Origin: Podarcis filfolensis
Lineage: Eukaryota
Direction: 5' to 3' (one strand)
Length of the DNA: 64,000 bases
Assembly: GCA_964270895.1 (NCBI GenBank)
Contig: OZ185436.1
Position 1 is the first letter of the stretch. Every line of letters starts with the position of its first letter. Shown here one piece after another: positions 1 through 13,600 of this stretch. A model generated the notes under the pieces. The model made no database searches. It was not told where the DNA came from and saw nothing but the letters and a program-made list of their open reading frames with translations. The position numbers and the translations under genes are program-made.

Positions 1-227
1 CGAGCCATAGGTGTCTTTAATACATAGTTAATTCTCCCTCACGTCTTTTATCACCCGCCTTTTCTACCTACGATGTCCTTGAGCACTTGGCTGTCTGCCT
101 TCTTACCTCGTTACTATCCCCACACCTGGATAAACTATGCAATGTTCCACAAAAATGCAACTATTTCAGCTATAAAACTGCTCAAAGTATATAAATAACC
201 GCTCTACTTCTTTACATCCAAGTCAGG

Positions 228-598
228 TGAGAGACTGTCAAAGTACTGAACTGGTGTCTGGAATTAGTGACAGGCTGGATGAAATCAATAAACTGAAACT
301 CAATCCTGACAAGACAAAGGTGTTGTGGGTAAATGGACTGTCTTCTCAGAGAACTGGTGCTCAGGCTGTTTTAGATTGAGTTGCATTTCTCTCCTAAAGG
401 ATCGAGTTTTGCAACCTCGAGGTGCTCCTAGAGCCAGCTCTGTCACTGGACGTTCAAATCAAGCAATCTATGGCCTTTTAAACTGTTGGGAGGTGTTGTT
501 TTTGTTTGTTACTATGCTATGTGTTTTTATATTATAAACTGCTCTGAGATCCTAGGATGGACGGTATGGAAATTTAATAAATAATCATAATAAATAAA
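228..598 (+). mobile_element. L2-type LINE 3' fragment (degenerate)
   Basis: Encodes decayed RT C-terminal motif GWMK-NKLKLNPDKTKVLWV; ends in taaactgctctgag...ggtatggaaatttaataaata tail typical of L2 3' ends. Confidence 0.7.
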
Positions 599-834
599 CT
601 GTGTGGTACATAGCACCTTTCATTAGCAGAGGCTGGCGCACCAGCTGCAGCCGATCTTCGACAGAAACAGCCTGGCCATTATAAATCATGTTTAGGTAAC
701 ATCTGTGACCAGCTACTGTAATGTGCTTTACATGGAGCTATCTTTGAAGACTACTGAAAACTGAAGTAAGTTCAAAATAAGAGCACTAGACTACTATCTG
801 GCACCAGACATGGAAACCTTAACACACTGGTGCT

Positions 835-1225
835 TAAAAGAATTGCAGTGGATTCTGGTCCATTTCTGCACATGCTTTTGAAGCCCTACATAATTTTGAG
901 ACTGGGATATCTGAAGGAATGCTTGCTTCCACATCAACCAGCCTGCGTGCCAAGCCATCAGAAAAGGCCCTCCCTTCAGATGCCCTCACTAATTGAGGTT
1001 AGGTGGGTAGCAACCTACCAAAGGGCCATTTTTGGTAGTGGTTATAGAATTCCTGAGGAGGTTCACCAGGTGCCCATTCTGTTTGATGTGATGCAATTGC
1101 CTTTTTGTCCTCCTCTGTGCCTTAATCCAATTCAACTGCTTTGTCGCTGCTATTTGTTTAGCTGTATTGTACGTATTTACTGTTGTTTGCATTTTTATTG
1201 TGAGCCGAAGGATAGTGCACAAATA
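835..1225 (+). mobile_element. L2-type LINE 3' fragment (degenerate)
   Basis: Decayed L2 ORF2 C-terminus-like reading (LQWILVHF...LGYLKECLLPH...EVRWV...PEEVHQVP) followed by an AT-rich tail. Confidence 0.55.
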
Positions 1226-2705
1226 GAATAAAGTATAATAAAGTAACTGAGAAAAGAACTGGACTGGACTAGCACAGTGTGTTACAAGCCCTTCCCACTG
1301 CTGCCCTTAAAAGCACAAAGCAACTCTCTCCTACCACTTCTCCCTTCACATCTGCTCTCTCATTCTCACCAATGTTTCAACTGACTGTATGATACAGACC
1401 CCTTTTTGCATTCATTTTCCAGCTGATCTATAGGCAGCCTTGACAAAATAGGCAAAAGCAGGCATTTTTTCACCCATCCCCCATCTCTGCCCGAGAGAGT
1501 ATGTGTCTGATGTTTAATAGCCACTGCACAAACTTACCCTCTATGATCCAACCAAAGGAACCCATGACCAAATCGCTGTATCATATTATTGCCTGAGGCA
1601 TCCCTTCCCCACCCAACCCCACTGCATGCATCACAGCACCCGCCCAGCATTCGGCTCCCAGTGGAAATCAGATTCCAATGGCGAGAAGCCTTACCCTGCC
1701 TGGCAGCACTGATTCTAGCACTGCTGCATTCAAAGTATCACAGGATATGGCAAATGATTCTTGTGCATTGCTGTTTGACACATTGGGTCTTTTAGGTTTC
1801 AGCTGGGTCACACTTCGAAGTTTCTCTTTACGCTTGTAATCCTAAATAAGCTCCCTCCCTACAGAAATATTTTGAGAGCAATAACATTAATGTAAACAAA
1901 GGTTCCCCATTACAAAACTTGTTTTTAAAGTGCTTTTAACTTCCCAATGCAAATTATTGCTTAGGAGGTATTCACAACAGCTGTGGGACTATTCCCCCCA
2001 CCCCAATTTTACAGACCATGAAGGGAGTTAAGACCTTAAGATCTTCAAGACCACTGGACCACACTGCCACTCACTTTACACATTTCTAGAGAAGACTGTT
2101 GGAGAAAAGCAGACCAGCAGGCTTAAGGGAGAGCGCAAGGCAACTGCCTAGCAATGAAAATATAATAAAGCATATCATTTGTCTTTCTAAAGAATAATGA
2201 TTCTAAACCGATTACTGGACCCTGCGAAGCTTAGCTTTCATTTTAAAAACAGTAACATTTTTCTACTCCTCAAGGCTGTGAAGTAAAGCTTGAAAATGTG
2301 CAGGCAGTGGCAGTGAATCAATCACAGCCCAAAAGGGATCTTTATGGGTCTTCCAGTGTCCAGAGGCAATGCTCATGAATCTGCCATCCAAACTTCTCCT
2401 TTCCATCCTACACCCTCTAAGTTTCAAATCAGAACTCATTGTAAACACATGCAAATGTATGCATTCTTTTTCCTTTAGATGAACTATGATGCTATGCTTT
2501 CCGATTTTAGACATTTAAAATATATTATTCACACCCAAGCAAGAAAGTCTGACTACACAATGGCCTCTGAAATATATTTGGGGAATTAGGCAAGGATGGC
2601 TTTTAGTCTACCTCAATACCCACCCAATGAAGCAATACTTATCACTAGTTACTAAGACAGGAAAAATAACCATAGAATTCTCCTTTCTGAAAGAATAAAA
2701 TTACC

Positions 2706-2778
2706 TCTCTCTCTACATATATATACACACACAAACACACACACACACACACAGGTGGGTGGGTGTGCGCGCGCGCAT
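2706..2778. repeat. Compound microsatellite (CT)(AT)(CA)n followed by GT/CG alternating tract
   Basis: ctctctctctacatatatatacacacacaaacacacacacacacacacaggtgggtgggtgtgcgcgcgcgca read directly. Confidence 0.9.
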
Positions 2779-5700
2779 CACCAAACACATACATTTGTTG
2801 TTGGCTAAAGACCACAGCTAATGTTGTAATTCAGAAGCTAGGATAGGCCTTCCAGCTGGGATTATAAAGCGCTTTGTTTAAGGCTCAAGCCACAGCAACA
2901 CAAAGACTTGCAGCTTCAGAAGGTGTGGAATGTTAAGCCAACTCACTCATTCAATTTGATGCTTTTCTCTAATCTTTTATTTTTAATTAATGCTGTTCTC
3001 TCTCCTAGGTAATGACATTTGAAGAGCATCTTATCCATAGCTCTTTTCATCCAGGTACTGCTGCCTGGAGCAGCATGCCTCTGGTTTCTTGAAAGGTAGC
3101 CTATTTGTTTTATGGCAGTTATCCGAAAGCTCTGATCAGCCATGGAGGGTAGGGACCTAGCTTTACTGATGCAGCAATCTCCAGTGTTAAATACGTTTCA
3201 TATTTATGCCTGCATGTATTATATTAATGCTAGCACTTTCCTTCCTATAAATCCTCAGAGAGCACCTTTTGAAGGAGGAAGAGTTGAAAGGCACAAGGGG
3301 ATTAGGGCTTTATGAAGCCAGCAGATATCTCTAAGGAAGGAGAGATCTTTTCATCCTGCTAAACTGTGCAGGCAGGAAGGCGAGGGGAAGAGTGCAACTA
3401 CAGGGCTTCAATCCATTTTGAGGCTTTGTGTCTCCTGGTACAAGCCAGACCACCATCAGCAGACTACAGGTCACACAATACAGCTTTCCTGCCATCCTTG
3501 CTCCCTACATTCTACAAACAACATCTCTTTCTAGCAGAAATGAACTTGTAGTTGCCATCAACCTCCATCTCCAGCCAAGAATCTCTGGGATACCCAGAGT
3601 AATTCAAGAGCAGCAGCAGGAGGTTACTTGGCACAGCTCTTGCTCCCAGGCTCAAATGCCAGCACAGAGAGAAGGCAACAGATGCCCTCTTTTGAAGAAA
3701 CTCCTAGTTGTGCTTATGCTGTTTGAAAAGAGGGCTGGAACACAGAACAGCTGCTGCTAACTTCTGACCACCTCCAATCAACCAAAGCAAGTTGTTTCAA
3801 AAATTAGCAGAATGCAGATGGTAATCAACGGAAACACATTCTAAATGTTATACAGAACTGGTACAACATAATGAAAATCTTATGAGAGGTATTTTGTTAA
3901 AAAAGGAAACAGCCTCTACATGTCTAGTTCTCAGATTCTTCATAGTGTCCATCCCAATAGATTTTTGGCAGTGTTAGATATTTTAATTCTGGCCATCTAC
4001 TCGTTTTTTTAGTATTTTAGGGACTGTATCTCAGGTTTTCGAAAATGTATAGGAGCAACAGTATTTCTTTACCTGAAATTCCCATTATATATATTTCCTT
4101 AAATTCTGCTCACCAGTGTCACCCATGGCCCCAGCCCCATGTGACCACTTCTACTTTGAATCAAGGGGGCTGCTACAACTATAACCTTACCAGGTTGGAC
4201 ATTTTGGACCAACATAACCACTTTGTTTTATTTATTTGTAACATTTATATCCTACTTTTCGTCCAAGCAGCTCATGGTAGCATCTGGTACTCAACCAGGC
4301 TAATATTTTGCACATCAGTCACAAAAATGTTTGGCTGTCTTAGTAACTCTCTAGCATTAGTATATCAGGAGCTCAAGTACTTGGAAAAACATTTTCTCCA
4401 CTGCTTGCCAGTAGCTGACATGTCACAGTGAACTCAGGTACAACCAGCATCCTGTTCAAAATCCCAACTACTTAATGTGTTACTAATTATCAATGACAGC
4501 AACATATAAGTCAAACAGACAGCTCCATTTTTTGTCACAAACAGTAGCTTAAAAAAAAAAAAGCAGGGCAGATTTACTGTATTGGTTATTAATCAGTTTA
4601 GCCTCTCCGTGCCCTCATAATAAGAGTTTTTCCTTTTGACACTCCGTATAAAAGCCATCCTTGATCTAAGAGGCATGAGATTCAATAGAAAATTCCTGGC
4701 CACTTTCCATCACCTGTATGGATGTCTACTTTGCCCTCTCTCCCCTAATCTTCAATACTGGGGTGCAGAATATCTTGGCATAAAGAAAGTGCAGCTTGAG
4801 GCATGAGCTTACCAGTGAAGAACAAAGCAACACTCATGAACGCAAGACAGCATTAGGAAGACATACCCCTTTGATATTCTGTATAAATCATTCCAGGTTA
4901 AGCTGCCATCCAAGGGATGCTGAGAGGATCAGTTAATGAGTGTGAAAGCACTTTGAAGATGAAAAGCAATCCAAGCGCCAAGTATTATTTCAAATTGATA
5001 TTTATGTATGCTGCGTTTTCGTATTTTAAGATGTGCCTTGGCAAGCTAAGGGCTCTCTTTATCAGGAACTGTCTCCAGAGCAATCGGAGGAGATAGATTA
5101 GGAAGCCACAAACAAAATTTATATATGGAATTTCCTGGAGGGAGAGGGAATTTCACTGGGAATAAAAGCAGCAGCAGCTTCTGAAACAAGAGAGAGGGAA
5201 ACCCAGGTCCAAAACAACACAGATACATATTTCTATTTTATTTTTAAAAATCGTAAGGGAAAAGAAAAGCAAGTTCTCCACCCACCAAGGGCCACCAGAT
5301 GCTGCACTGTTTTCCAGGACCAGTCCCGCCTGCTCCTCACCCCCCCCCCTTCACCACCACATGGGTCTCCACAACATACTGCAGAGGACAAAAGTTTTGT
5401 CAGCTCTCAGGAATATATATATTTTCCGGGGGGGGGAGAAACTAGAGAAAAAGAAATCTCCAGCAACAGTAGACAGATGCAACTTCCAAGGCGCCCCTCC
5501 TGTTCTTTCACACATGGGGAACAACACGCTTCCCCTCCCCAGCCTAGAACTGCAGCTTTTGGGGGGGAGGGGTTAAAGAGACCGACTGCCGGGGGGGCAG
5601 ATGGAGAAAAGAGAGAATCATCCCAAACCGCGGTTGAGGGAGGCGGAGAGGCGGCTTTCGCTTCTGCAGGCCTTTCTCCCTCCTTCCCCGCCAACTAACC

Positions 5701-5975
5701 CCGCTCCCTCCTTTGTCCACTGCACCCCCCACTCCGCCCCGCCGCCGCCTCCCTGCCGCTCTCCCTCGGCCCTTCCCCACGGCGAAGTAGACTCGCCTTC
5801 CTCCACCCGCGAAGGCGGAGGAGCAGCAGCCCGCGTCGGACCCTCGCCTGGCGCCCGAGCTCCAGCCGGGCCTTGCACGCGCTCCCGGCGCCCCCGCAGC
5901 CCATTCATTAGCCTGAGAGAGAGCGGCGGCGGCCGCCCGCTCGCCCCTTCCTCCCTCCTCCTCGCCGCGTCGTAC

Positions 5976-6560
5976 CTGTTGTCCGCAAGCCCCCGGGCAG
6001 CACCTGAGGAGCCAGGAGGAGGAGGCGGCGGCGGCGATGGTTGGGAAGGCAGGCTCCCTCGCTCCCTCCGCGGGTTCCCGGGCGCCGCTTGCTAGGCAGC
6101 TCTCAGCCAAGGCTGCCGTCCTCCTTCGCAGCGTCTGCAGCAGCCCACAGTGGCGGCAGCGGAGGGAGAGGGGGCTGGTGCGCGGTGCATTAGCAGCGTC
6201 TCCTCCTCAAAGGCCACAGCAGGCTCTGCGGGGAGCACCGAAGAAGAGGAGCTGCTGCTGCTGCTGCTGCTGCTGAGGCTGCCGCGGTTAACCCTTACCA
6301 GCCCGGCCCCGCTGCTGGCAGAAGGACCGAGCGACCTCCTGCCAGCTCTCCCATCAGATCTGGCCCGCCCCCTTCCTCCGTATCTCCACCCACCAAGAAG
6401 GTTCCTCCGGCGGCGGCGGCGGCGTGTGTGCCGTGCCTCTGGTTTGTTTGCCGAGGCGTCGTCGGGGCTGCGAGTTGGGAATCCTGGCTTTCCTTGCAAT
6501 CGCCCGCCGGCTCTGCTCTAGAGTAGAACCGGAGAGGATCGCGGCGGGTCTGGGTTGGAA
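5976..6560 (-). other. NDST1: Probable non-coding first exon (5' UTR) of NDST1; rest of gene lies left of the window
   Basis: Minus-strand donor CAG|GTACGA (intron starts 5975) inside the CpG island; no NDST1 coding sequence in the window; identity inferred from synteny only; TSS approximate. Confidence 0.5.
6252..6275. repeat. (CTG)8 / (CAG)8 trinucleotide repeat
   Basis: Eight perfect CTG units read directly. Confidence 0.95.
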
Positions 6561-7970
6561 TGCGGCGGCGGCGCGCTCCTGAAATCAAGGCTGCCTTTCG
6601 CCGCCAATGCTGAACTTGCATCGCCGAAGTCGGGTTTACTTTTGAGACAGCGGGCCCCGTTGATCGTGGCCGTGTGGAACAGCATCTCGGAGCATGCTTA
6701 GCATACGCGTGAACCGGGTCGTTCCCCCACCCCCCACGCGCGCCTTAGCCCGAAATGCACGGGGATCAATTACTTACACTAGGATTCGCGCTGGCACCCC
6801 TTTCTGCTGTAGACCTCAGTGGTGTTCACACGAGGCGCCTAGGCCCTAGGGAAGTGTGTTGGGCTCCGCAGCTCACATGTGGAGCGAGATAGGTTTTGCT
6901 GATTCGTAGCCGGGAAAGTGCTCGTCCAGGGTGGAGGGAGGTACAGCAAAGAGGCACCTGCGTTTGTGTAGATCAGCAGGTCTTTGCCTAGTCCAAAAGA
7001 GACAAGCAGCGTTCCTAAGCAGTTTGCAGGCTTTGAGGCCCTCAGTATGGCAGCCCACCTTATTTTATTTTGCTTTGTTTGGTGGAACAGTAAGATTTTG
7101 GGGTGGGAGGGGAGTGTCATTTGTGCACCTGCAGTAACCCATTTCACATACGGGGAACACTGACAACTGATGACTCCATCGCAGAAAACTCTAAACCCAA
7201 GCAGAGCAGAGAATTCAATTCAGTAACATGACCCCACCTGAGCTGCATGGCTCTGATCAGATATATGCACTGTGTGGTCAAAGAACTCGGCATGTGGAAG
7301 ACAATACAAACACTTTTTCTCTGTGTGTCACCCACACGTATATCCAGAGAGATGAATATGTCACCGATCTAGGTTCATTTCAGCCTCGCTGTCTCTCATA
7401 GACACACACTTCTCCCAGAGCCTGGTCTGGATCCAAGCTACTCCTTTGTTGCACCTGCTGGTTGTGGCTGAGCAGCTGCTGTAACTTCCTTTCAGCCAGG
7501 TATCGTTCAGACAAGCCGCAGATTAATAAGTAACTAAATGAGAGTTGGGGGAAGCAAAACAGGAAGGAAACAATCTCCCATGCCTCACTGGTGATGTGGA
7601 CATCAAAAAGCTGCAAGGACCAGCCAAGAGTCGGTTGGCAATCCTGTTTCAAAGGCCATCAAAAAGAATAGGTTTGCACATAGCTGGCTCCTAAAATGGT
7701 TTGCAGTAAATTTTCTTTAAAAAGGTTTGCAGCTGGGAATACTGTCCCTACCTTGAACATGTCTTACTGTGAAGTACGCCAGATAATTTAGATGCAACTT
7801 AATTTCAAGGTAAATGTACATAGGGATGTAGCCCTGCAGCTTGATCTAAGCACAGTGATTCAGAATATCTGTCACACTTTTACCCTGCTCTTCTCAAGAC
7901 AGAGGTGATCACGGTGGTTTATAGGGAACCCATATAGCTTACAAGACAAGAGGTGCTTAGGCTTCATAGA

Positions 7971-8109
7971 CACCATACATTTAAAGCACACACCCAAAGA
8001 ATCCTGGGAGCTGTAGTTCCCCATCAAAGAGCTACAATTCCCAGCAAGCATCCCTAACAAACTACAATTCCCAGGACTCTTTGGCAGGGTGGGATTTAAA
8101 TGTACGGTG
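7971..8109. mobile_element. Palindromic MITE (non-autonomous DNA transposon)
   Basis: TIRs caccatacatttaaa / tttaaatgtacggtg with an internal inverted gaatcctggga...tcccaggactc core; related copy at ~20865-21008. Confidence 0.75.
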
Positions 8110-8625
8110 CCTCAGCAGCCAAACTGCATTGTTCTGGACCCAGTGAGTTCAGTGCTTTTATCCACAATTCCAAGGTACTGCTGCACTTGGAATTTGGGGA
8201 TTTTTTGTTTTTTAGACAAAGGGTACTGTAGATCTGGAAAGGATGCAGGGAAAAGGGGCAACTTCCCTATGAAGAAAATGTATAATATTTGTAGATATTT
8301 GGTTTAGAATAGCTACGGTATAGAGAAAGTGGCCAATGAGAGAGGTGTTTTTTTCCTTGTTCCATAATGCTAGAACCAGAGCTCCACTCCAAATATTTCT
8401 GTGGTGTGTCTCCAGCCCTGGCCTTTACATCACTTTGAGAGGCCAAAAGTAGGTAGAGACAGAATTCCAGACTTTCACATATCTAGGGAGGTCAGCAGTG
8501 TACCCACTGCCAGAGCCAACAGCAGATAGGGCCAACTTATTCTAGGTTTCCCCCATCACCACTGTGATGAGGGCAGTGTTCTATGAGGGTAAAACAGACA
8601 GGACAGTGCCCTGTTTGCCCTAAAT

Positions 8626-8761
8626 CAGGCATGGCCAAACTTGGCCCTCCAGCTGTTTTGGGACTACAATTCGCATCATCTCTGACCACTGGTCCTGTTA
8701 GCTAGGGATGATGGGAGTTGTAGTCCCCAAACAGCTGGAGAGCCAAGTTAGGCCATGCCTG
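8626..8761. mobile_element. hAT-type MITE
   Basis: TIRs caggcatggcc / ggccatgcctg; imperfect 8-bp TSD ccctaaat / ccctatac; internal ggactacaa...ttgtagtcc palindrome. Confidence 0.8.
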
Positions 8762-10371
8762 CCCTATACGGATCCATCTCCACTGGAGAAATAAGCAGTT
8801 GTTCACATATCACATAATTAAACTGACATTCACTAATATCACTTGGTGATAAAAGTGCACCTTTCCACCAAGAATTGGGCACTGACAACAGCAAAAAAGG
8901 TGGAAAATGTTCAGTGGTGGCATGGTGGAATAATTCCATTTGTAGTTTCTTCTTCTGCCGTCTATATTTTAATCCAGGCAGTTTAGGACTCTTTGTTGTG
9001 TGAGCCTGGCTAGAAAGTGGGAGATCAAATTGGATGTCAGTTAACTGAGTTTCAGAACTGCCGTTTGTCACAATATTAGGTTTTTTTAGAAGTGTTTAAT
9101 AAGGACGCCTCCCAAAGATTACTTTCTGGCATGGTGATTTCTTCTGTGAATAGTTCAAAACTGTGAGTCACCACCTCCCAAACGAATCTGCATTTCAAAA
9201 GTTTCCAAGATGGGATGAGAGATTTGTCATTTCAAAAATCTGCCAGTAAATCAGCTTCACAATGTAAAAATGCACATGCGAACCAGACAGTGAGTGGTGA
9301 TGTCAGACATCAGTTGAAAAAACATTTGTTTGTTGATAGCTTCTTTGTTACCAACTTGGTGAAATGGCTCCTGGCCTCCTCAGATCATTACACTGTATTT
9401 GGAACTTTAGAAAGTAACAGAACAGAGAGGTCCCTGCCTCAAATAGGTTACAATCTAAATTTCTATACAGCGAGACTGGGAGAGAGCAGAATACCCAAGA
9501 AGACACAAATCTAATTACTGTATAATGGAGAGTCTTGTGGCAATCTGAATACTAACAAATGTACTCTGGCATAGGTTTTAATGGACTACAGTTCGCTTCA
9601 TCAGCTACATTAAGTTTTATCTTGAGATGTAAACATTGAGGTCAAAAGGAAATGAAATGCAGAAAAGTATAGTTAAAATTATATTACTAACAGTGGTCAT
9701 TCACACATACACAAACACACACAAAATCCAGAAGTGTAGATAACATAGACATTGTGGCATTGCTTAGCCAATTAACACATGTAGTGTGATAGAAACTAGT
9801 TGTTATTCCACTAATTCACTCTGCAAGTGTCTGGCGACACAATCACACAACTTAATAAGTCATCCACAACTTCAGCCGTTCATTCCCGTCCTTTCAATGT
9901 GATTTATGGCATTATCTGCCAACAATGGCCCCTTTGCATTCTGCATAGGGCAAACAGATCTACACAAAAGAATGGACACAAATCTGACATCAGAAATGGC
10001 CATATCCAAAAATATGTATACTTCGTAAATGCATACATTTATTCATTACAGTTATTTTATCCTACCTTTCAGGATATAAATCCCATCAAGTCAGCTTACA
10101 AGTAACATGCAATTGCATATTACTTTTAGAGGGAGACCATAATGTGAAACCGCTAAATTACTTCATCAAGAAGTTAAATACTATGGCTTGTGGTTTGAAT
10201 CAGGATAAGGGATTTTTATCACACTGCATGTGTCAATTGGCTTACCAATATCAGGTTCCCAGTGTTATCAACAGCTTTTCTGTGTGTGAATGGCCACCAT
10301 TAACCATGTAATTATCACTATCTAGATTTCATTTCCTTCTTACCTTATCATTTACAGTTCCTTTCCATGTA

Positions 10372-10612
10372 CAGTGGTCCTCGGGTTAAGTACTTAATTC
10401 GTTCCGGAGGTCCGTTCTTAACCTGAAACTGTTCTTAACCTGAAGCACCACTTTAGCTAATGGGGCCTCCTGCTGCCGCCGCGCCGCTGCTGCACGATTT
10501 CTGTTCTTATCCTGAAGCAAAGTTCTTAACCTGAAGTACTATTTCTGGGTTAGCGGAGTGTGTAACCTGAAACATATGTAACCTGAAGCGTATGTAACCC
10601 GAGGTACCACTG
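10372..10612 (+). mobile_element. Tc1/mariner (pogo/Tigger-like) MITE
   Basis: TA|cagtggt...cgggtt and aacccgaggtaccactg|TA ends; near-identical copies at 44930-45155 and (reverse) 46072-46313. Confidence 0.9.
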
Positions 10613-13600
10613 TACAGATAAACTTCAGCTCAAGAGGACAGTTTCATGCTTCTGATAGTAAACTGCAGCCCAGGAACTCTTATGCCACAACACATTGGTT
10701 AGTCTTTGCAATGCCACAAGACACTGCTGCTTTTGCTGCAGCAAGCTGACATGACTCCCCCCTTGGCAAATGTGAACATACGAGCCATATGCAGGTTTAT
10801 GTGGAAGTCTGCACTGTGTTCAGAAGGGTTTAGTTCCAGGTAAATCTCTCTAGGATTGCAGCCCTATTTTCACTTGGCGATGAAGGTGAAGCAAAAAGCT
10901 TAAGGGAAAATTCTGATGGGAGATTTGCTGTGCCACTTTAGAAGCACAGAGTGTATCTCCTTGTTGTATATGGTACCATTACAATTCAAGACATTCCCCT
11001 CTTAGGAAGAGAATGTTTTATTGATTCGCAGCAGCATGGTGATGTTCTGGACTTCCTGGGGAAATCAGGACAATTGCCAAGCCTGCTCCCAGTTCTGCAC
11101 AAGGAGATGCAGCAGGATACTGTCCACATGCAACCCTACAGAGTGGCATAGAGTGAGGTGGAGAGAGAAGGAAAGCAGCAGTATCCACTGAATGTCAGTG
11201 TTCCTTTCTGCCCCCCAGGGGAAATAAGTGTTTAAAAAAAGAGTGCTAAGGACAAAGAGCTCCTGAGTACATACAAAGTCCATTGTTCTTTCTAATTAAT
11301 GGTGTTGAACTTGATGGAACAGTACAGAGTTCATGTATTTGCATTCACAGCACATTTCCATAGCACACACTTGTACTGCACTACAAATGCAGCCACCTCA
11401 CCACTTGATACCTTAATCACGTGTACTTTTTAAATAAAGGGTTGCTATATGAAAGCACCCACATACTAATTAATAGCAAAAACAGCCCCGATGGATCTTT
11501 GCCAGGCTTTGTGCTTTTCAGTTCTGGCCAAAAGCCCAGAGGTTAAAATTCAGACTAGACTGACTGGATGCGTTTTCTTCGTGCTTCTTTCTTGTGTCCC
11601 TTGTGTTCAGAGATGTGCTCAGTAGCTGTCTGTGGGCAGTACTAAGAGAAGCTGGGCCATGCGGATTACCTGGGTATGGAAGAAAAAACCTAATATCTCT
11701 GGAAATACACCCTGACCTTTTCAGGGGAGATTTCTTCTATGCCAGCAATCCCACACAGCGCCCCCACACTTCTGAAACCAAGGTTTTGTTTTGTTTTGAC
11801 TCAATGTGGGTGACATTGGCCCTGGGTGGCTTATCCTAAGTTATGTGATAATCTCTCAGCGAAAGGATTCCCTGGCACTGTGATTAGCCGGGAGAAGAAT
11901 GTGTTTGATGCTCTGTCCAGTGATCTATATTTCCATAAAGTCCTTTCTCCCCCTGCACCATTCCAGCAGCAAAACTTGGTGGAATGCCCTGAAGGGCCGG
12001 ATGAGGCTGCCTGCTTTTGGAATAATTGGTATGTCTAGCTGATGTCTTCTTCTAAGGCTGCTTCCTTTCTTTGGCAATTGGTGCGCTTCTTGTGTCCTCA
12101 TGCATGTCAGATTTTTGAAGCCAATTAACTCTGAGGTTTCCCCCACCACCTAACCAGGGATTGAGAAGAAGCTGCTGGCTCATCAAATAATTTCCACTTT
12201 TCACGCTCCAGTTGAGAGATGAGGGGCAGACCAGCTCCAACGGCCAGCTGCATGTTGGACTTTGCCTAGCTACAATCCCTGCTCTAGCCTGCAAAGAATT
12301 CCATTCCCTTGGCCTGGAGGAGAGTTTGGAGGTGGGGAGAGAAAGAGAGAGGCCCAGATTTGTCCTAGTTCATCATTTTCTCCCTGCCCCTTTATTCCTG
12401 CCTAGAGGCTTCCGAGGATTGTTAAGTCATGTACAGGCAAACTCGGAACAATAGCAATGGTACCTGAAATCATTGTCAGCACACAGTAGCAGTCATGTGG
12501 ATGCATAAATTTTAAACACCGAGGGCAGATGACACCTACGATGCAATCAGTGGCAAAGAATACATTGCTCCCCCCCCCCAATGGAACAACCTCTATTTCC
12601 AGCTCATGTTCAAACAGATTGGTTTCAAAACAAAACAAAACACCACCGCAGTAACTGAAAGTTTTACTTTTTAGTTGGTTCCTATGCCCTGGGCATATGC
12701 TCAAACTTGCAGGTAGCCTATGGAGATTAAAGGCTCTTCCAGATGACCAGTTAATTGCACATTCATTGCATTTCCACACACAGGTACACAATTCTCATGG
12801 TGCTTCTACAATGTCGCTGTTCATTGACCTTTCCGATTGGTTTGCATTGAGGTTATATGATGCCACACAGTGTGGCCAATACGCCAAACTTTCCAGTGCG
12901 TTTCCCCTTGCCCATGTTTGTGGTGAAATGTCTCCTGTAGTTTTCCATTTTGTTTTCCATCAACGAATTGTTTGATATTGTGGAACTGTACCAAAATAGC
13001 GCCCAGCAGCAAAGAAGAAAAGAAACAGCAATCCAAGGGTGTGAAAGCGAAGTACAATAGACATTACTCTTAAGAGTCCGACATGAACATATTGTGAGCA
13101 AGCAGGTTTTACAGTTCTTTCAGGAGAATGATAAAAACAGGATCCTCCAGTCATCCACAATAAAAAGAGTTATTTAATATATCGTTTTAAATAAACAGCT
13201 TTCACATCTCTAAACCTGTGTGTACTGTTTTGTGAACACGTTGCTCAAATAAACTTCAGCTGCAATCCTATGCACACTTACTTGGAAGTAAGCTCTGCTA
13301 ACATATTGGGACTCACTGAAGAGTAAACATTCATCAAATTGCACCCTAAAAGAATTATTATTATAATGCTAATAAATTTAAAAGCAGGTAAATTGAAAAG
13401 TTTAGAAATAAGTGCCTATGAAGGTAAATAGCAAAAGAAAATTTACATTGGATATAAATGTATATCCAACAGGGAAAAGCAAAATAAAAACACACCATAA
13501 AAACAAATGGGAACAAAAGTAACAGAAAAACAAACTTGTATCCTGCGTCACAGGACAGGAAGCTGATCTGGGATGCGGATCCTGCGGCCAGCCCTCCAGA

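Larger units (their letters stand above)
5400..6800. promoter_or_regulatory. CpG island / promoter of a minus-strand gene (probably NDST1)
   Basis: Very high GC and CpG density with GCG/CCG runs; the long overlapping ORFs in several frames are GC artefacts; position matches NDST1 head-to-head with RPS14 in amniote synteny. Confidence 0.85.

Noticed and set aside
5407-6621. Many long overlapping ORFs (up to 188 aa) on both strands
   Set aside because: Low-complexity Ala/Gly/Pro/Arg-rich translations expected from a CpG island; no domain and no splice context for coding.
10951-11290. HMQPYRVA*SEVERE, faintly like a Gypsy RT N-terminus
   Set aside because: Too short and degenerate, and no downstream RT motifs; not supportable.
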